From an uncultured Candidatus Binatia bacterium (lineage in GTDB: Bacteria > Desulfobacterota > Binatia > Bin18): a DNA stretch of 64,000 bases. Where the stretch lies: assembly GCA_965200965.1 (NCBI GenBank), contig OZ241744.1, positions 736,001 to 800,000 on the forward strand, read 5' to 3'. Position 1 is the first letter of the stretch. Each line of letters opens with the position of its first letter. A program made the translations under genes and the position numbers. Positions 29,667-42,290 of this stretch are shown here, piece by piece. The notes beneath the pieces were generated by a model. That model was not told where the DNA came from and made no database searches. It saw nothing but the letters and a program-made list of their open reading frames with translations.

Positions 29667-30665
29667 GTGGCTATAAAACCCTCACCTTCTCCAGCCCCCC
29701 GGTTCGACCTGGGACTCGCTCCGCATACCCTGGTTGGGGAAGAATTAGCCCAAGTTGAACAGCGCCTCGCCACACTCCTGGATTCCCGAGAACCCCGGTT
29801 GAGCGAAATTGGGCATTATTTGATTGACGCGGGCGGCAAGCGGGCACGACCAGGGGTGACGCTGCTGGTCTTTCGCGCCTGCGGAGGCAAAGACCCGCAC
29901 GATATCGTTGATATCGCAACCGCCCTGGAACTCATTCATTCGGCCTCGCTGCTGCACGATGATATCATTGACGGGGGAGGGGTGCGCCGGGGCAAGCCGT
30001 CTGCGCTGGAGCGCTTCGGCCTGTCGGAGACCCTGGTGGCCGGCGATTTTCTGTTTGGCCGGGCGTTTGCCCTGTGTGGGCGCTTTGAGGAACGGGTCAT
30101 TGCCTGGGCGACCGAGGCGTGTATCAGTCTGACCGAGGGTGAGGTCATGCAGGGCCGGTTTCGGCGCAATCCCGCGGTCACGGCTGAGGATTACCTGGAG
30201 ATTATCGCGCGCAAGACGGCCTCCCTGTTTTCACAGGCGGCTCGGCTGGGCGCGTATCTGGCCGGCGCTTCGACTGAGCTTGTTGAGCGGCTGGCCTCGT
30301 GCGGCTATTGTGTCGGCATGGCCTTTCAGATTGTGGATGACCTGCTTGACGTTGAGGGCGATGGCGAACTGACCGGCAAACCGGTCGGGGTTGATCTCAA
30401 AGAGGGCAACCCGTCTTTGCCGGTGGTGCTGGCCATTGCCTTGAACGCCGAGGTCAGACGGGTTTTCCAGAACGCCCAGGCGACGAATCAAGAACTCGCC
30501 GCCGCCCTTGAACATATCCGGCTGTCCGGGGTATTGACCGAGGTCAAGCTGCGGGCGCGGACCTACGGCCAGCAAGCCCTGGCGTCTTTGGTTGCCTTGC
30601 AGTCCTCGGCCTATGCGGACAGCCTGCGATGTTTTATTCGTCAGCTCGTTGATCGGACCGCCTAG
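29667..30665 (+). CDS. Long-chain trans-polyprenyl diphosphate synthase (IspB/HepT-like); start uncertain
   Basis: GGKRARP, FARM LLHDDIID..RRG, KTA, SARM FQIVDDLLD, GKPVGVDL. Confidence 0.88.
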   Translation: MAIKPSPSPAPRFDLGLAPHTLVGEELAQVEQRLATLLDSREPRLSEIGHYLIDAGGKRARPGVTLLVFRACGGKDPHDIVDIATALELIHSASLLHDDIIDGGGVRRGKPSALERFGLSETLVAGDFLFGRAFALCGRFEERVIAWATEACISLTEGEVMQGRFRRNPAVTAEDYLEIIARKTASLFSQAARLGAYLAGASTELVERLASCGYCVGMAFQIVDDLLDVEGDGELTGKPVGVDLKEGNPSLPVVLAIALNAEVRRVFQNAQATNQELAAALEHIRLSGVLTEVKLRARTYGQQALASLVALQSSAYADSLRCFIRQLVDRTA

Positions 30666-30679
30666 AGGCGAGCGAGACC

Positions 30680-31420
30680 ATGACTGCCGATGCGCCCCAT
30701 ACCCAGCTTTGTCAGATAGCCGACTCCTTGCAACGTTACGTCGAGGTTCTTAAAGAGAGCGGGGTAGATGGGTTGCCGCGAGCGCTGTCCGGGCCCCAAG
30801 CGGCCCGGGCGGCAGGCTCAGCCGAAGACAGGCTTGCCGCGCCTGCCGATAGCAACAGGCAAGCGCTTGACAGTCTGGTGGCCCTGCGGGAAGCGATTGG
30901 CGACTGCCGACGCTGCAAGCTGTGCGAGTACCGAACCCGGATTGTGTTTGGTGCTGGCGACCCGCAGGCCGAACTTGTTTTCATCGGGGAAGGGCCCGGC
31001 TCTGACGAGGACCTCAAGGGCGAGCCGTTTGTCGGGCGGGCCGGACGACTTCTGACCGAGATCATCACCAAGGGGATGAAGATGCGCCGCGAGGAGGTCT
31101 ATATCACCAATGTGGTCAAATGCCGGCCGCCCCACAACCGTGATCCCGAGGCCGACGAAATTGCGGCCTGTGAGCCCTTCCTGCGCAAGCAGCTCGAACT
31201 GATTCAGCCGCATATCATCATCGCCCTCGGCGCGTTTGCCGCCCACACCCTGCTCCAGACAAAAACCCCGATTTCCCGACTGCGTGGAGTGTGGCACACT
31301 TATCATGGGGCCAAACTCATGCCCACGCTGCACCCGGCCTACCTGCTGCGCAACCCCGGGGACAAGCGGCTGGTGTGGCAGGACATCAAGGCGGTGCTGC
31401 GGGAGATGGGACGGCTCTGA
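30680..31420 (+). CDS. Uracil-DNA glycosylase family 4 (Fe-S)
   Basis: CRRCKLC, GEGPG, FVGRAG, NVVKCRPPHNR, HPAYLLR. Confidence 0.92.
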   Translation: MTADAPHTQLCQIADSLQRYVEVLKESGVDGLPRALSGPQAARAAGSAEDRLAAPADSNRQALDSLVALREAIGDCRRCKLCEYRTRIVFGAGDPQAELVFIGEGPGSDEDLKGEPFVGRAGRLLTEIITKGMKMRREEVYITNVVKCRPPHNRDPEADEIAACEPFLRKQLELIQPHIIIALGAFAAHTLLQTKTPISRLRGVWHTYHGAKLMPTLHPAYLLRNPGDKRLVWQDIKAVLREMGRL

Positions 31421-31435
31421 AAAGTCAAAAGTCAC

Positions 31436-32896
31436 ATGTCAGAACGACGAGGGATACAGGCTTTTGGAAAGGATCGCTGGGCAGTGCGAAAACACCCTGT
31501 TGGATCGCTGTATCTCGTCCTGTGTGCTGGGCTGCTGATGGGCTGGGGGCGCGGCGAGACGCTTACGGCGCAGGTTGAGCCGGAGGTCGGGCACGCTGCC
31601 GGGCAAGAAGATGCCCGGCCGGCTCAGAGCGCGCCGCCGGCCGGGATGCGTTCAACCCATATTAGTCTGATCGTGGTAGATGCCACCATTAACCCGGCGG
31701 TGGCGGATTTTATCCGCGAGAGCATCAATCAGGCCGTCCGTCAGGGGGCGCTGGCGCTGATTGTTCAGCTTGACACACCTGGCGGGCTGTTGTCGTCAAC
31801 CAAGACGATTGTCAAAGACCTGCTCGACGCTCCCCTGCCGGTGATTGTGTATGTGGCCCCCGGTGGCTCGGGTGCCATCTCGGCCGGGGTGTTTATCACG
31901 ATGGCCGGCACGATTGCGGCCATGGCCCCCGGCACGACGATCGGAGCGGCCCATCCGGTTGCCGGGGGCGGGCAGGACATTGAGGGTGACATGCGGGAGA
32001 AGGTCGAAAACTTCACCGCCTCGTTCAGCGAGTCAATCGCCCGCCGGCGGGGGCGGAATATCGAGTGGGCCGAGCAGGCGGTGCGCGAGAGCGTAGCGAT
32101 TACCGAGACCGAAGCGCTGGAAAAACAGGTCATTGACCTGGTGGCCAGCGATGTACAGGACCTGTTGCGTCAGGCTTCGGGGCGGACGGTCGAGGTCGGG
32201 AGTGCCAGGCAAACGCTGAATTTTTCCGCCGCCCAAGGGGCCGGCAGTTCGTTTTATGTCGTCCGCCGGGAAATGCGCCTCAAACACAAGGTCCTCAATA
32301 TCCTGGCCCATCCCCAGATCGCCTACCTGCTGATGATGGCCGGCATCCTGGGCCTGTACCTGGAGTTTTCCAACCCCGGCCTGCTGTTTCCCGGCCTCGT
32401 CGGTGCACTGTGTCTGATTATGGCGCTGACCGCGTTTCAGGTCTTGCCGATCAACTACACCGGGCTGGTGCTGATCTTCCTCGGCCTAGCCCTGCTGGTG
32501 ACCGAGTTGTTCCTGCCCAGTTTCGGCATCCTGGGGGTGGGCGGGATTGTCGCTTTTGTGATGGGCTCGCTGTTTCTGTTTGACTCGCCCGACGCCGATC
32601 TGGCCCTGGACCGGGGAGTGATTTTTGGCGCGGCCCTTGCCGTCGGGCTGTTCATGTTGATCGCCGGCAGCCTGTCAATGAACGCCTACCGTCGGCGGCC
32701 CGTCACCGGAACGGAGGGGCTGATCGGCGAGCTTGGCGAGGTGCGGGTGCGCCTCGCGCCGCGGGGCAAGGTGTGGCTGCACGGCGAGTACTGGAATGCG
32801 GAGAGCGACGGGGACGAGATTGAGGCCGGTCGGTCGGTCCGCGTTGTTGATATCGCCCATATGGTCCTGAAGGTCCGCAGGACCGACTGGGGGTAA
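31436..32896 (+). CDS. nfeD: NfeD long-form membrane-bound serine protease
   Basis: [25 protein letters not shown] bundle, C-terminal OB fold ([12 protein letters not shown]). Confidence 0.88.
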   Translation: MSERRGIQAFGKDRWAVRKHPVGSLYLVLCAGLLMGWGRGETLTAQVEPEVGHAAGQEDARPAQSAPPAGMRSTHISLIVVDATINPAVADFIRESINQAVRQGALALIVQLDTPGGLLSSTKTIVKDLLDAPLPVIVYVAPGGSGAISAGVFITMAGTIAAMAPGTTIGAAHPVAGGGQDIEGDMREKVENFTASFSESIARRRGRNIEWAEQAVRESVAITETEALEKQVIDLVASDVQDLLRQASGRTVEVGSARQTLNFSAAQGAGSSFYVVRREMRLKHKVLNILAHPQIAYLLMMAGILGLYLEFSNPGLLFPGLVGALCLIMALTAFQVLPINYTGLVLIFLGLALLVTELFLPSFGILGVGGIVAFVMGSLFLFDSPDADLALDRGVIFGAALAVGLFMLIAGSLSMNAYRRRPVTGTEGLIGELGEVRVRLAPRGKVWLHGEYWNAESDGDEIEAGRSVRVVDIAHMVLKVRRTDWG

Positions 32897-32909
32897 AGGA
32901 GACACGACT

Positions 32910-33707
32910 ATGTTTGGTTTTGGATCAATGGCAACATTTCTTCTTATCGCGCTCGTCATTCTGCTGAGTGGGATCAAAATTCTCTCCGAGTATGAGCGGG
33001 CGGTGATATTTCGCTTGGGCCGCCTGGTGCCCTACCGGGGACCGGGCATCATCTATGTGATTCCCTTTATTGAGCGCATGGTCCGGGTTGATATGCGGAC
33101 GCTGACCCTTGATGTCCCGGCCCAGGACGTGATTACCCGTGACAATGTGTCGGTCAAGGTCAACGCCGTGCTGTATTTCCGGGTGCTCGATCCCAGCAAA
33201 GCCCTGGTCGAGATTGAAAACTATCTGTTCGCCACCTCCCAGCTGGCCCAGACCACCTTGCGCAGCGTGTGCGGGCAGGCTGAGTTGGACGACCTGCTGT
33301 CGGAGCGGGATAAGATCAATACCGACCTCCAGGAAATTGTCGATACCCAGACCGACCCGTGGGGGATCAAGGTGTCGCTGGTCGAGGTCAAACACATTGA
33401 CCTGCCCCAGGAGATGCAGCGTGCCCTGGCCCGTCAGGCCGAGGCCGAGCGTGAACGCCGGGCCAAGGTGATTAACGCCGAGGGCGAGTTTCAGGCCGCC
33501 CAACGGCTGGCCGAGGCGTCGGCCATCATTGAGCAGCACCCGGTTGCCCTCCAACTCCGCTATCTCCAGACCTTGTCCGAGGTCGCCACCGAGAATAATT
33601 CAACTACCCTGTTCCCGGTTCCGATTGACCTCCTCCAGCCCTTCCTGGGCCGGACCGGCGGCGGTGGACAGCGGCAGGCTGACGACGGCCAAGAGCAGAC
33701 TGCCTAA
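32910..33707 (+). CDS. SPFH/stomatin (slipin) family protein
   Basis: [44 protein letters not shown]. Confidence 0.92.
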   Translation: MFGFGSMATFLLIALVILLSGIKILSEYERAVIFRLGRLVPYRGPGIIYVIPFIERMVRVDMRTLTLDVPAQDVITRDNVSVKVNAVLYFRVLDPSKALVEIENYLFATSQLAQTTLRSVCGQAELDDLLSERDKINTDLQEIVDTQTDPWGIKVSLVEVKHIDLPQEMQRALARQAEAERERRAKVINAEGEFQAAQRLAEASAIIEQHPVALQLRYLQTLSEVATENNSTTLFPVPIDLLQPFLGRTGGGGQRQADDGQEQTA

Positions 33708-33731
33708 TGCACACCGGCTGATCCCCGGGCC

Positions 33732-34769
33732 ATGCGGCTGTCCGATTTTGACTACGAACTGCCAGCCGAGCTGATTGCCCAAGAACCCGTCCGGGAGCGC
33801 AGCAACTCCCGGCTGCTGCTGCTCAACCGCCACCCGGGGACCTTCTCCCACCGCCGTTTCGCCGACCTGCCGTCGCTCCTGCCACCCCGCAGCCTGCTGG
33901 TCCTGAACGACACCCGGGTGCTGCCAGCCCGCCTGCTGGGCCGCAAAGACACCGGCGGGCAGCTTGAAGTCCTGCTCGTTCGGCGTGAACCGGGCTGGGC
34001 CGAGGTGTGGGAGGTGCTGTGCCGGGGCGGGCAGCGCGTCCGGGCCGGGGCGCGGGTCGTCTTTGCCGCCGGGCTTGAGGCCGAGTGGAAGACTCCGCCA
34101 CGCGCCGGCCGGGGCCGGCTGGAGTTTTTCCCCCGGGGCGATTTCCGCCGGCTGCTCGATCGCTATGGGCAGCTGCCGCTGCCCCCATACATCAAACGCC
34201 CCTCGGGTAGCCGTGCCGCGGACCGCGAACAGTACCAGACGGTGTATGCGCGCGCCCTCGGGTCGTTGGCCGCCCCGACCGCGGGCCTGCATTTCACCCA
34301 GACGCTGCTCAACCACCTCGTCCAACACGGTATCGAAACCGTCTTCCTCACCCTGCATGTCGGCGTCGGAACTTTCCAGCCGGTTCGGGTTGAGCAGGTG
34401 GAGCAGCATACTATGGAGCAGGAGGAATTCTCAATCAGCGACACGACCGCGCACGCTATCAATCGGGCCAGAGCACAGGGCAGACCAGTGATTGCGGTTG
34501 GCACCACCACCACCCGCGCCCTTGAAGCGGCCTGCAACCCGGCCGGTCGCGTCCAAGCCGGTCGGCGGCAGACCGACCTGTTCATCTATCCGGGCTTCCG
34601 CTTCCGGGTGATTGACGGCCTGGTCACCAATTTTCATCTGCCACGCTCAACCCTGCTGATGCTGGTCTCCGCCTTTGCCGGCACAGACCTGATCCTGCGC
34701 GCCTACGCCGAGGCGGTTGCCCGGGGCTACCGTTTTTACAGCTATGGCGACGCTATGTGTATTGTGTAG
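33732..34769 (+). CDS. queA: S-adenosylmethionine:tRNA ribosyltransferase-isomerase
   Basis: FDYELPAELIAQ, PLPPYI, AAPTAGLHF, TNFHLPRSTL, YRFYSYGDAM. Confidence 0.95.
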   Translation: MRLSDFDYELPAELIAQEPVRERSNSRLLLLNRHPGTFSHRRFADLPSLLPPRSLLVLNDTRVLPARLLGRKDTGGQLEVLLVRREPGWAEVWEVLCRGGQRVRAGARVVFAAGLEAEWKTPPRAGRGRLEFFPRGDFRRLLDRYGQLPLPPYIKRPSGSRAADREQYQTVYARALGSLAAPTAGLHFTQTLLNHLVQHGIETVFLTLHVGVGTFQPVRVEQVEQHTMEQEEFSISDTTAHAINRARAQGRPVIAVGTTTTRALEAACNPAGRVQAGRRQTDLFIYPGFRFRVIDGLVTNFHLPRSTLLMLVSAFAGTDLILRAYAEAVARGYRFYSYGDAMCIV

Positions 34770-34897
34770 AGGAGGGGACAAGCAGGCGTCCGCTCCGGGT
34801 GTCCGTGCCCCAGACCAACGGGTGAGTTGCACGCCCGCCCAAAAACGCATACAACGGCCCGGCAAGACTGGAAAGATGAATCGGCTTGTCTTCCTGA

Positions 34898-36425
<1,528 letters not shown>

Positions 36426-36426
<1 letters not shown>

Positions 36427-38009
36427 TGGCCAGGAGTATTGGCTATCGGCTCGCGCTGCTCGCCGGCCTGACCGCGTGGGCGCTCGTCTATCTGACGCCC
36501 TCGCTGCTGGTCGTGCCCGACTGGTGGCAGGCCGTCTTGCCCTCTCAGCAGATCCGGCTGGGGCTTGATCTCCGGGGCGGTACCCATCTCCTGCTTGAGA
36601 TAGACCTGGACGAGGCGCTCAGGAATAATCTGGACCGCACGATTGCCGAGATTCAGCACGCTCTGGACGACGAAGGGATCAGTGGGATAGGCATTCGCCG
36701 CGAAGACCGGGCCCTGCGCCTGCGGGCACCCGACCAAGACACGAAAAACCACACCGAAACCCTGCTGTCCGAAAGGTTTCCCGACCTGGTGGGTGACGGT
36801 GCGCTACAGGCCGCGGACGACGAGATGACGCTGGTCTACGACAGCCGTCAGGTCCGCACCTTGCACGAGTACGCCATTGACCAAACCCTGGAGACCCTGC
36901 GCAACCGGATTGACCAGTTTGGGGTAGCCGAGCCGATTGTTCAACGCCAGACTGACCAGTTCAGCGGCGAGGAGCAGGTGGTTGTGCAACTGCCCGGCAT
37001 TCAAGACGCCGAGCGGGCCAAACGGCTTATCGGCCAGACCGCGGTGCTGGAGTTCAAGCTGGTGGCCGCGGCCGGTGCCGAAGGAGTCGGCACGGTCACC
37101 CTGAACGGACAGGACCGCGATCCGCTGTCGGGTGAGCTCATCGCCTCAGAATACACCCTTGAAGAGCGGACTTTGATGACCGGCGAGGCGGTGGCCGACG
37201 CCCGGGTGCGTCCCAGCGTTGATATTGAGGGGCCGTATGTCGAGCTGATTCTGAGCAGCGCCGGGGCCCGGGTGTTTGAAGACATTACGGCGGCCAATGT
37301 GGGCCGGCAACTGGCCATCATTCTGGACAACACGGTGTACTCGGCACCCCGCATCCAGGAACGTATCGGCGGTGGCCGGGCGTCAATTACCGGCAGCTTT
37401 GATATCAAAGAGGCCCGCGACCTGGCCATTGTGCTGCGGGCCGGGGCGCTGCCAGCCCCGGTCACTATTGTCGAGGAGCGAACCGTCGGCCCGTCGCTCG
37501 GGCAGGACTCGATCCGTCAGGGCGTGCGCTCCTTCATCATCGGCGGCCTCCTCGTGGTGGTGTTCATGGTCGTCTACTATAAGCTGGCCGGGGTGCTGAC
37601 CGACCTGGCGGTGCTGCTCAATATTCTGTATCTGCTGGCCGCCCTGGCCATGTTTGAGGCCACCCTGACCCTGCCCGGCATTGCCGGGATTATTCTGACG
37701 GTCGGCATGGCGGTTGACGCTAATGTGTTGATTAACGAGCGGATACGGGAAGAGTTGCGGCGCGGCAAAAGCGCCCGGGCCGCGGTCGAGTCCGGGTATG
37801 AAAACGCCCGCCCGGCCATCTTTGACTCAAACATCACGACCTTTCTGTCAGGCTTGATTCTGTTTCAGTTTGGCTCGGGACCGATCCGGGGCTTTGCCGT
37901 CACGTTGTGTATCGGGATTGTGAGCACCGTTTTTACTGCAGTGGTAGTGACCCGGCTTGTGTACGACTATTTCCTGTCCAGGCGTCGCCTCGTAGAGTTG
38001 AGTGTCTGA
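36426..38009 (+). CDS. secD: Protein translocase subunit SecD
   Basis: LGLDLRGG, RNRIDQFGVAEP, LRAGALPAP, GMAVDANVLINERIREE. Confidence 0.95.
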
Positions 38010-38010
38010 G

Positions 38011-38931
38011 ATGGAACTGATCCGGCCCGGAACCGATATCGATTTTCTGCGCTATTCCAAAATCGCCGCGGCCTTTTCCGGCCTGATGGTCATAGTCGGC
38101 CTGATCACCTTCTTTGTCCAGGGCGGGCTAAGCTATGGGGTCGATTTTGCCGGCGGGACGATTGTGCATGTGAAGTTCAGCGACACGCCAACTATTGCCG
38201 AGGTGCGCCAAGCCCTGTCCGAAACCGCTATTCAGGACCTGTCGGTGCAGGATTTCGGCCTGTCCGGGGATGAGTTTCTGATTCGCATGGCCGCCCCGGA
38301 GACGGATATGACTCCCGACGGGGGCGAGGCGAGCCCCTCGGTCCGGGTCCAGGAGACCCTCAAAGACCGCTTTGGCCCGCGCTTGCTGCCCATCCAGCGG
38401 GTGGAAACGGTCGGGCCCAAGGTTGGGCGGAACCTGCGGACGCGGGGCATTCTGAGTGTGCTGTTTGCGGCCGTCGTCATGGGCACCTATATTGCCTTCC
38501 GGTTTCAGCTCAGCTTTGGGATTGGCGCGGCGGTCGCGCTGTTTCATGACGTGCTCATTACGGCCACCGCGCTGCTGCTGATGGATGTCGAGTTTGACCT
38601 GCCGATTGTGGCCGCCTTTCTGACCGTCATCGGCTATTCGGTCAACGATACGGTGGTCGTGTGTGACCGGATTCGAGAAAATCTGCGCAAAATGCGCCGT
38701 GAGACCCTGGCGACGATTATTCAGCGTAGCATCAATGAGATGCTCAGCCGGACGCTGATCACCTCTGGAACGACCCTGATGGTGCTTCTGGTGCTGTATT
38801 TTCTGGGCGGGTCGGTCATCAACGGCTTTGCCTTTGTTCTGCTGGTCGGGTTCACCGTCGGCACCTACTCCTCTATCTATGTTGCCAGTCCGATCGTGCT
38901 GCTGTGGAGCGGGGAGGGGAGACGGCGCTGA
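38011..38931 (+). CDS. secF: Protein translocase subunit SecF
   Basis: GVDFAGG, VGPKVG, GYSVNDTVVVCDRIRE, GTYSSIYVA. Confidence 0.95.
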   Translation: MELIRPGTDIDFLRYSKIAAAFSGLMVIVGLITFFVQGGLSYGVDFAGGTIVHVKFSDTPTIAEVRQALSETAIQDLSVQDFGLSGDEFLIRMAAPETDMTPDGGEASPSVRVQETLKDRFGPRLLPIQRVETVGPKVGRNLRTRGILSVLFAAVVMGTYIAFRFQLSFGIGAAVALFHDVLITATALLLMDVEFDLPIVAAFLTVIGYSVNDTVVVCDRIRENLRKMRRETLATIIQRSINEMLSRTLITSGTTLMVLLVLYFLGGSVINGFAFVLLVGFTVGTYSSIYVASPIVLLWSGEGRRR

Positions 38932-39038
38932 GCCGGCCCCCGCGATGGCACGGCCCATGTCCGTTGACCAGAGATAAGTCGTATGGTATACCCGGCGACC
39001 TGTCGGCGGAGACTATCACACGGGGCAGGGAGGATGCC

Positions 39039-39689
39039 GTGATTTCCGAGCAGAAAGAAGGCGTGCTGAAAAATCCTCATGAGAGTAAAATCTACTCTCG
39101 TTTCTCCCACTTCTACGATCGGATCTTCACCCCGCTGTTCACCGAGCGGATCATGAACATCGTTCAGGCGCTGAACATCCGGCCGGGGGCCAAGGTGCTT
39201 GAGGTCGGGGTCGGAACCGGGCTGTCGCTGCCGGCCTATCCGGCCCACTGTGAGGTGACGGGCATTGATCTGGCCCCCGACATGCTGGAGCGGGCACGGG
39301 AAAAAGCGCTCAGCAAGGGTTGGCATCATATCACGCTGCGCCACATGGACGCCCTGAACCTCGATTTTCCAGATAATGCGTTTGACTATGTGACCTCCTT
39401 TCACGTCATCAGCGTCGTGCCCGACCCGGTCCGCATGATGAACGAGATCCATCGGGTGTGCAAACCCGAGGGCAAGGTCGTCATCATCAATCATTTTCGG
39501 ACCACAAAGCCCGTGCTGGGGCCGATTGTCGGCGCGCTTGACCCGCTCACCCGCCGGCTGGGCTGGAGCGTTGCGCTGCGTCTGACCCAGGCGTTTGACG
39601 GAGTGCCGATTCGGATCGAAAAGCGTTTCAAGACCTCTCCGCTGTCGCTGTTTACCGTTGTCGTGGCCGAAAACGACAAGCAGACCTAG
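39039..39689 (+). CDS. Class I SAM methyltransferase, phosphatidylethanolamine N-methyltransferase (PmtA)-like
   Basis: VLEVGVGTG, GIDLAPDML, VISVVPDP, RVCKPEG.V.IINHF; GGGAGG RBS before GTG. Confidence 0.75.
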   Translation: MISEQKEGVLKNPHESKIYSRFSHFYDRIFTPLFTERIMNIVQALNIRPGAKVLEVGVGTGLSLPAYPAHCEVTGIDLAPDMLERAREKALSKGWHHITLRHMDALNLDFPDNAFDYVTSFHVISVVPDPVRMMNEIHRVCKPEGKVVIINHFRTTKPVLGPIVGALDPLTRRLGWSVALRLTQAFDGVPIRIEKRFKTSPLSLFTVVVAENDKQT

Positions 39690-39728
39690 CCCGAACGCCC
39701 ATACGTCGCCCAGGCTGACGGCCTCCCC

Positions 39729-40292
39729 CTATTTCGCCCGTGAGAGATAGTTGCCCGTCTCGGTATCAACCCGGACGGTTTCTCCAATTTCAATAAAACC
39801 AGGTACGCGGACCACCAGCCCGGTCTCGGTCGTGGCTGGTTTGAGTTCATTGTTGACGGTTGCGCCCTTGAGCGAGGGGGGGGTGTCCTCAACCCTGAGG
39901 TCTACGGTCTTGGGCAGAGAAATGCCGACCGGCTGGCCGCCGTGCAGTTCGACCTTGAGCATCAGATGAGGCGTCAAATAGTAGACCGCCCCGCCGAGGC
40001 TGTCCTGTGACAGCTCGATTTGTTCATAGCTCTGGGTATTCATGAAGTGGTAGGTGCCGCCCGATTCGTACAGATACTGCATCTCCTGCTGGTCGAGCAC
40101 CGCCCGCTCGATTTTCTCGTCTGAGCGAAACTTGTTTTCGGTCTGGAGACCGGTACGCAGGTTGCGCAGCTTGGTCTGGACAAAGCCGCGTTTATTGCCC
40201 GGAGTGATGTGGATGAGCTCCATCACACGATGGGGGGCATCGTGATACAGGATCAGCGTTCCCACCCGCAGCTGGGTTGCCTGTACAAACAT
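39729..40292 (-). CDS. efp: Translation elongation factor P (PGNKR loop variant)
   Basis: HITPGNKRGFVQTKL, YHFMN..SYEQ, KPATTETG, VPGFIEIGE..RVDT..G.Y..R. Confidence 0.92.
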   Translation of the reverse strand: MFVQATQLRVGTLILYHDAPHRVMELIHITPGNKRGFVQTKLRNLRTGLQTENKFRSDEKIERAVLDQQEMQYLYESGGTYHFMNTQSYEQIELSQDSLGGAVYYLTPHLMLKVELHGGQPVGISLPKTVDLRVEDTPPSLKGATVNNELKPATTETGLVVRVPGFIEIGETVRVDTETGNYLSRAK

Positions 40293-40318
40293 AGGGAGAG
40301 CCTCCGTTGAGAAATACC

Positions 40319-40735
40319 TCAGTGTAACTGATCTTCGGGCGGTGCCGGCGGGGCAAAAATCGGCGAGCCGTGGTGATGGACCATCAGCCATGCCCCAGTC
40401 CGCTTTTCAAAGATATTCGTGCTCAGTACCTGAGAGCGGGAGCCACCGCCCGTGCCGCTCGATTCGAAATTTTCGATCAACACGACCCAGGCCAGGTCGC
40501 CCACCACCTCAACCCGGACATCGCTCAGGGTAAATCGCATCGACTCCGTATGGGCAAAGATCCGCTCCCAGCTGGCCATCACCGGTCCCCAGCCGCCCAA
40601 CAGCGGCCAGCCCGGATGGACACATGTAATGTAGCTCTCTTGCAGCCACCGCTTTTCCATCTCGCCCATCTCCAGCGTCTCAAAGGCGTGATAGAAAGCC
40701 CGGTTAGCGGCCAGCACGGCCTTGTGTTCGTCCAT
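40319..40735 (-). CDS. SnoaL/NTF2-like family protein
   Basis: ANRAFYHAFE, CVHPGW..L.G...V.ASW, TNIFE...G.W.MVHHHGS. Confidence 0.8.
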   Translation of the reverse strand: MDEHKAVLAANRAFYHAFETLEMGEMEKRWLQESYITCVHPGWPLLGGWGPVMASWERIFAHTESMRFTLSDVRVEVVGDLAWVVLIENFESSGTGGGSRSQVLSTNIFEKRTGAWLMVHHHGSPIFAPPAPPEDQLH

Positions 40736-40877
40736 GACGTGTTCCTCTGTGCAGCAGCGTGTGCCCTCTGGCCTAGCGCAAAAGAGCGGCCTGTTGCAAG
40801 CCCATCCTCTTGTCTTTGGCGTCTTTTGCCTGGCATACTGACCAAAGGGAGTCGCACATCGTAAGGGGAGACTGGGA

Positions 40878-41078
40878 ATGGAATTGCCTCAATGTCGCCA
40901 ATGCAGTCAGGGGGTTCTCGTGCCTCTGTCCGACTTTGGGCCGCACGGCGCATCGCTCGAATACAAGGTCTGGGTGTGTATTCAGCCGCGCTGCGGATTC
41001 ACCATCCGCATTGATAAAGGCGTGGTGGTCTACGGCTATAAAATCTCCGCGGAGCGACGGCGGGGCAGCGATTATTAG
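40878..41078 (+). CDS. Small putative zinc-ribbon protein
   Basis: 66 aa with CRQC...CIQPRC; AAGGGGAG RBS; fills the gap before the CoA-transferase. Confidence 0.65.
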   Translation: MELPQCRQCSQGVLVPLSDFGPHGASLEYKVWVCIQPRCGFTIRIDKGVVVYGYKISAERRRGSDY

Positions 41079-41093
41079 GGGCGAGGTGCTCCG

Positions 41094-42290
41094 GTGAAAC
41101 ATGCACTCCAGGGGGTAAAGGTCCTCGATCTTACCCAGGTCATGGCGGGGCCGTTTTGCAGCCTGTTGCTGGGGGACCTTGGGGCTGAGGTGATCAAGAT
41201 CGAGCCGCCGAGTGGCGATTCAACGCGCGGCATGGGCGGACGCCAGGGCCGCGAGAGCACGGCATTCTGGGCCGTCAACCGCAACAAACGCGGCATGGTC
41301 CTCAACCTCAAACACCCCCAAGCCCAAGAGCTGGCCCGCAAGCTGGCAGCCTGGGCCGACATCTGGGTTGAGAACTATCGTCCGGGCGTCATGGACGCCT
41401 TTGGCCTGGGCTATCCCGAGCTGCGCCAACTCAACCCGGGCCTGATCTATGCCTCGGTATCGGGCTTTGGGGCCACCGGACCGTATGCCACCCAGGGCGG
41501 CTTTGACCTCATCGCTCAGGGCATGTCGGGCATTATGTCAGTGACCGGAGAAGCGGGCCGCCCGCCCGTCAAATGTGGCGTACCGATTACCGATCTGGCC
41601 GCGGCCCTGTTTACCACCCAGGCGGTTCTGGCCGCCTACATCCATCGCCACAATACGGGTCAGGGACAGCATATCGACACCTCGCTGCTCGAAGCCGGCA
41701 TCGCCCTCTCGATCTGGGAATCAACCCAGTATTTTTCGCGGGGAGAGATCCCCGAAGCAATGGGCTCGGCCCACCGCATGTCCGCCCCGTATCAGGCTAT
41801 CAAATGCGCCGACGGCTACATCACCCTCGGCGCGGCCAACACCCGCACCTGGCAACGCTTTGCCCAGGCCATTGGCCGCCCCGAGCTGCTTGAGCGGCCG
41901 GAGTACAAAAACGAGCGGCAACGGGTCCTCAACCGCCATCGCCTGACCCAGGATATTGAAGCCGTGACTGGCACACAGCCCCGCGCACACTGGCTGGCTG
42001 CACTCAAAGAAGCCGGCGTACCGTGTGGGCCGATCCTCAACTATGCCGAAGTCTTTGCCGATCCGCACATTCAGGCTCGCGGCATGGTGCAGGAGATGGA
42101 GCATCCGGTCGGGGGCACGGTCCGGGTGCTGGGCCCGGCGGTGAAACTGTCCGAGACGCCGGCCCGCCTCAGCCGGCGCTCGCCCTTATTTGGCGAGCAT
42201 ACGGCCGAGATCATGCGCGAGCTGGGCTATGCGGAGGCCGAGATCCAGGCCCTGAGCCGGGCCGGCGCGGTGGTGCTGGGAGAGGCTTAG
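41094..42290 (+). CDS. CaiB/BaiF (family III) CoA-transferase
   Basis: VLDLTQVMAGP, NRNKR, ENYRPG, SGFGATGP, PITDLAAA, GQHIDTSL. Confidence 0.92.
   Translation: MKHALQGVKVLDLTQVMAGPFCSLLLGDLGAEVIKIEPPSGDSTRGMGGRQGRESTAFWAVNRNKRGMVLNLKHPQAQELARKLAAWADIWVENYRPGVMDAFGLGYPELRQLNPGLIYASVSGFGATGPYATQGGFDLIAQGMSGIMSVTGEAGRPPVKCGVPITDLAAALFTTQAVLAAYIHRHNTGQGQHIDTSLLEAGIALSIWESTQYFSRGEIPEAMGSAHRMSAPYQAIKCADGYITLGAANTRTWQRFAQAIGRPELLERPEYKNERQRVLNRHRLTQDIEAVTGTQPRAHWLAALKEAGVPCGPILNYAEVFADPHIQARGMVQEMEHPVGGTVRVLGPAVKLSETPARLSRRSPLFGEHTAEIMRELGYAEAEIQALSRAGAVVLGEA

Noticed and set aside
31420-31445. AAAGTCAAAAGTCAC short repeat, and CCATTCGCCATTCTCCATT near 43103
   Set aside because: Only two or three degenerate units each; not enough to call a REP or STRR element.
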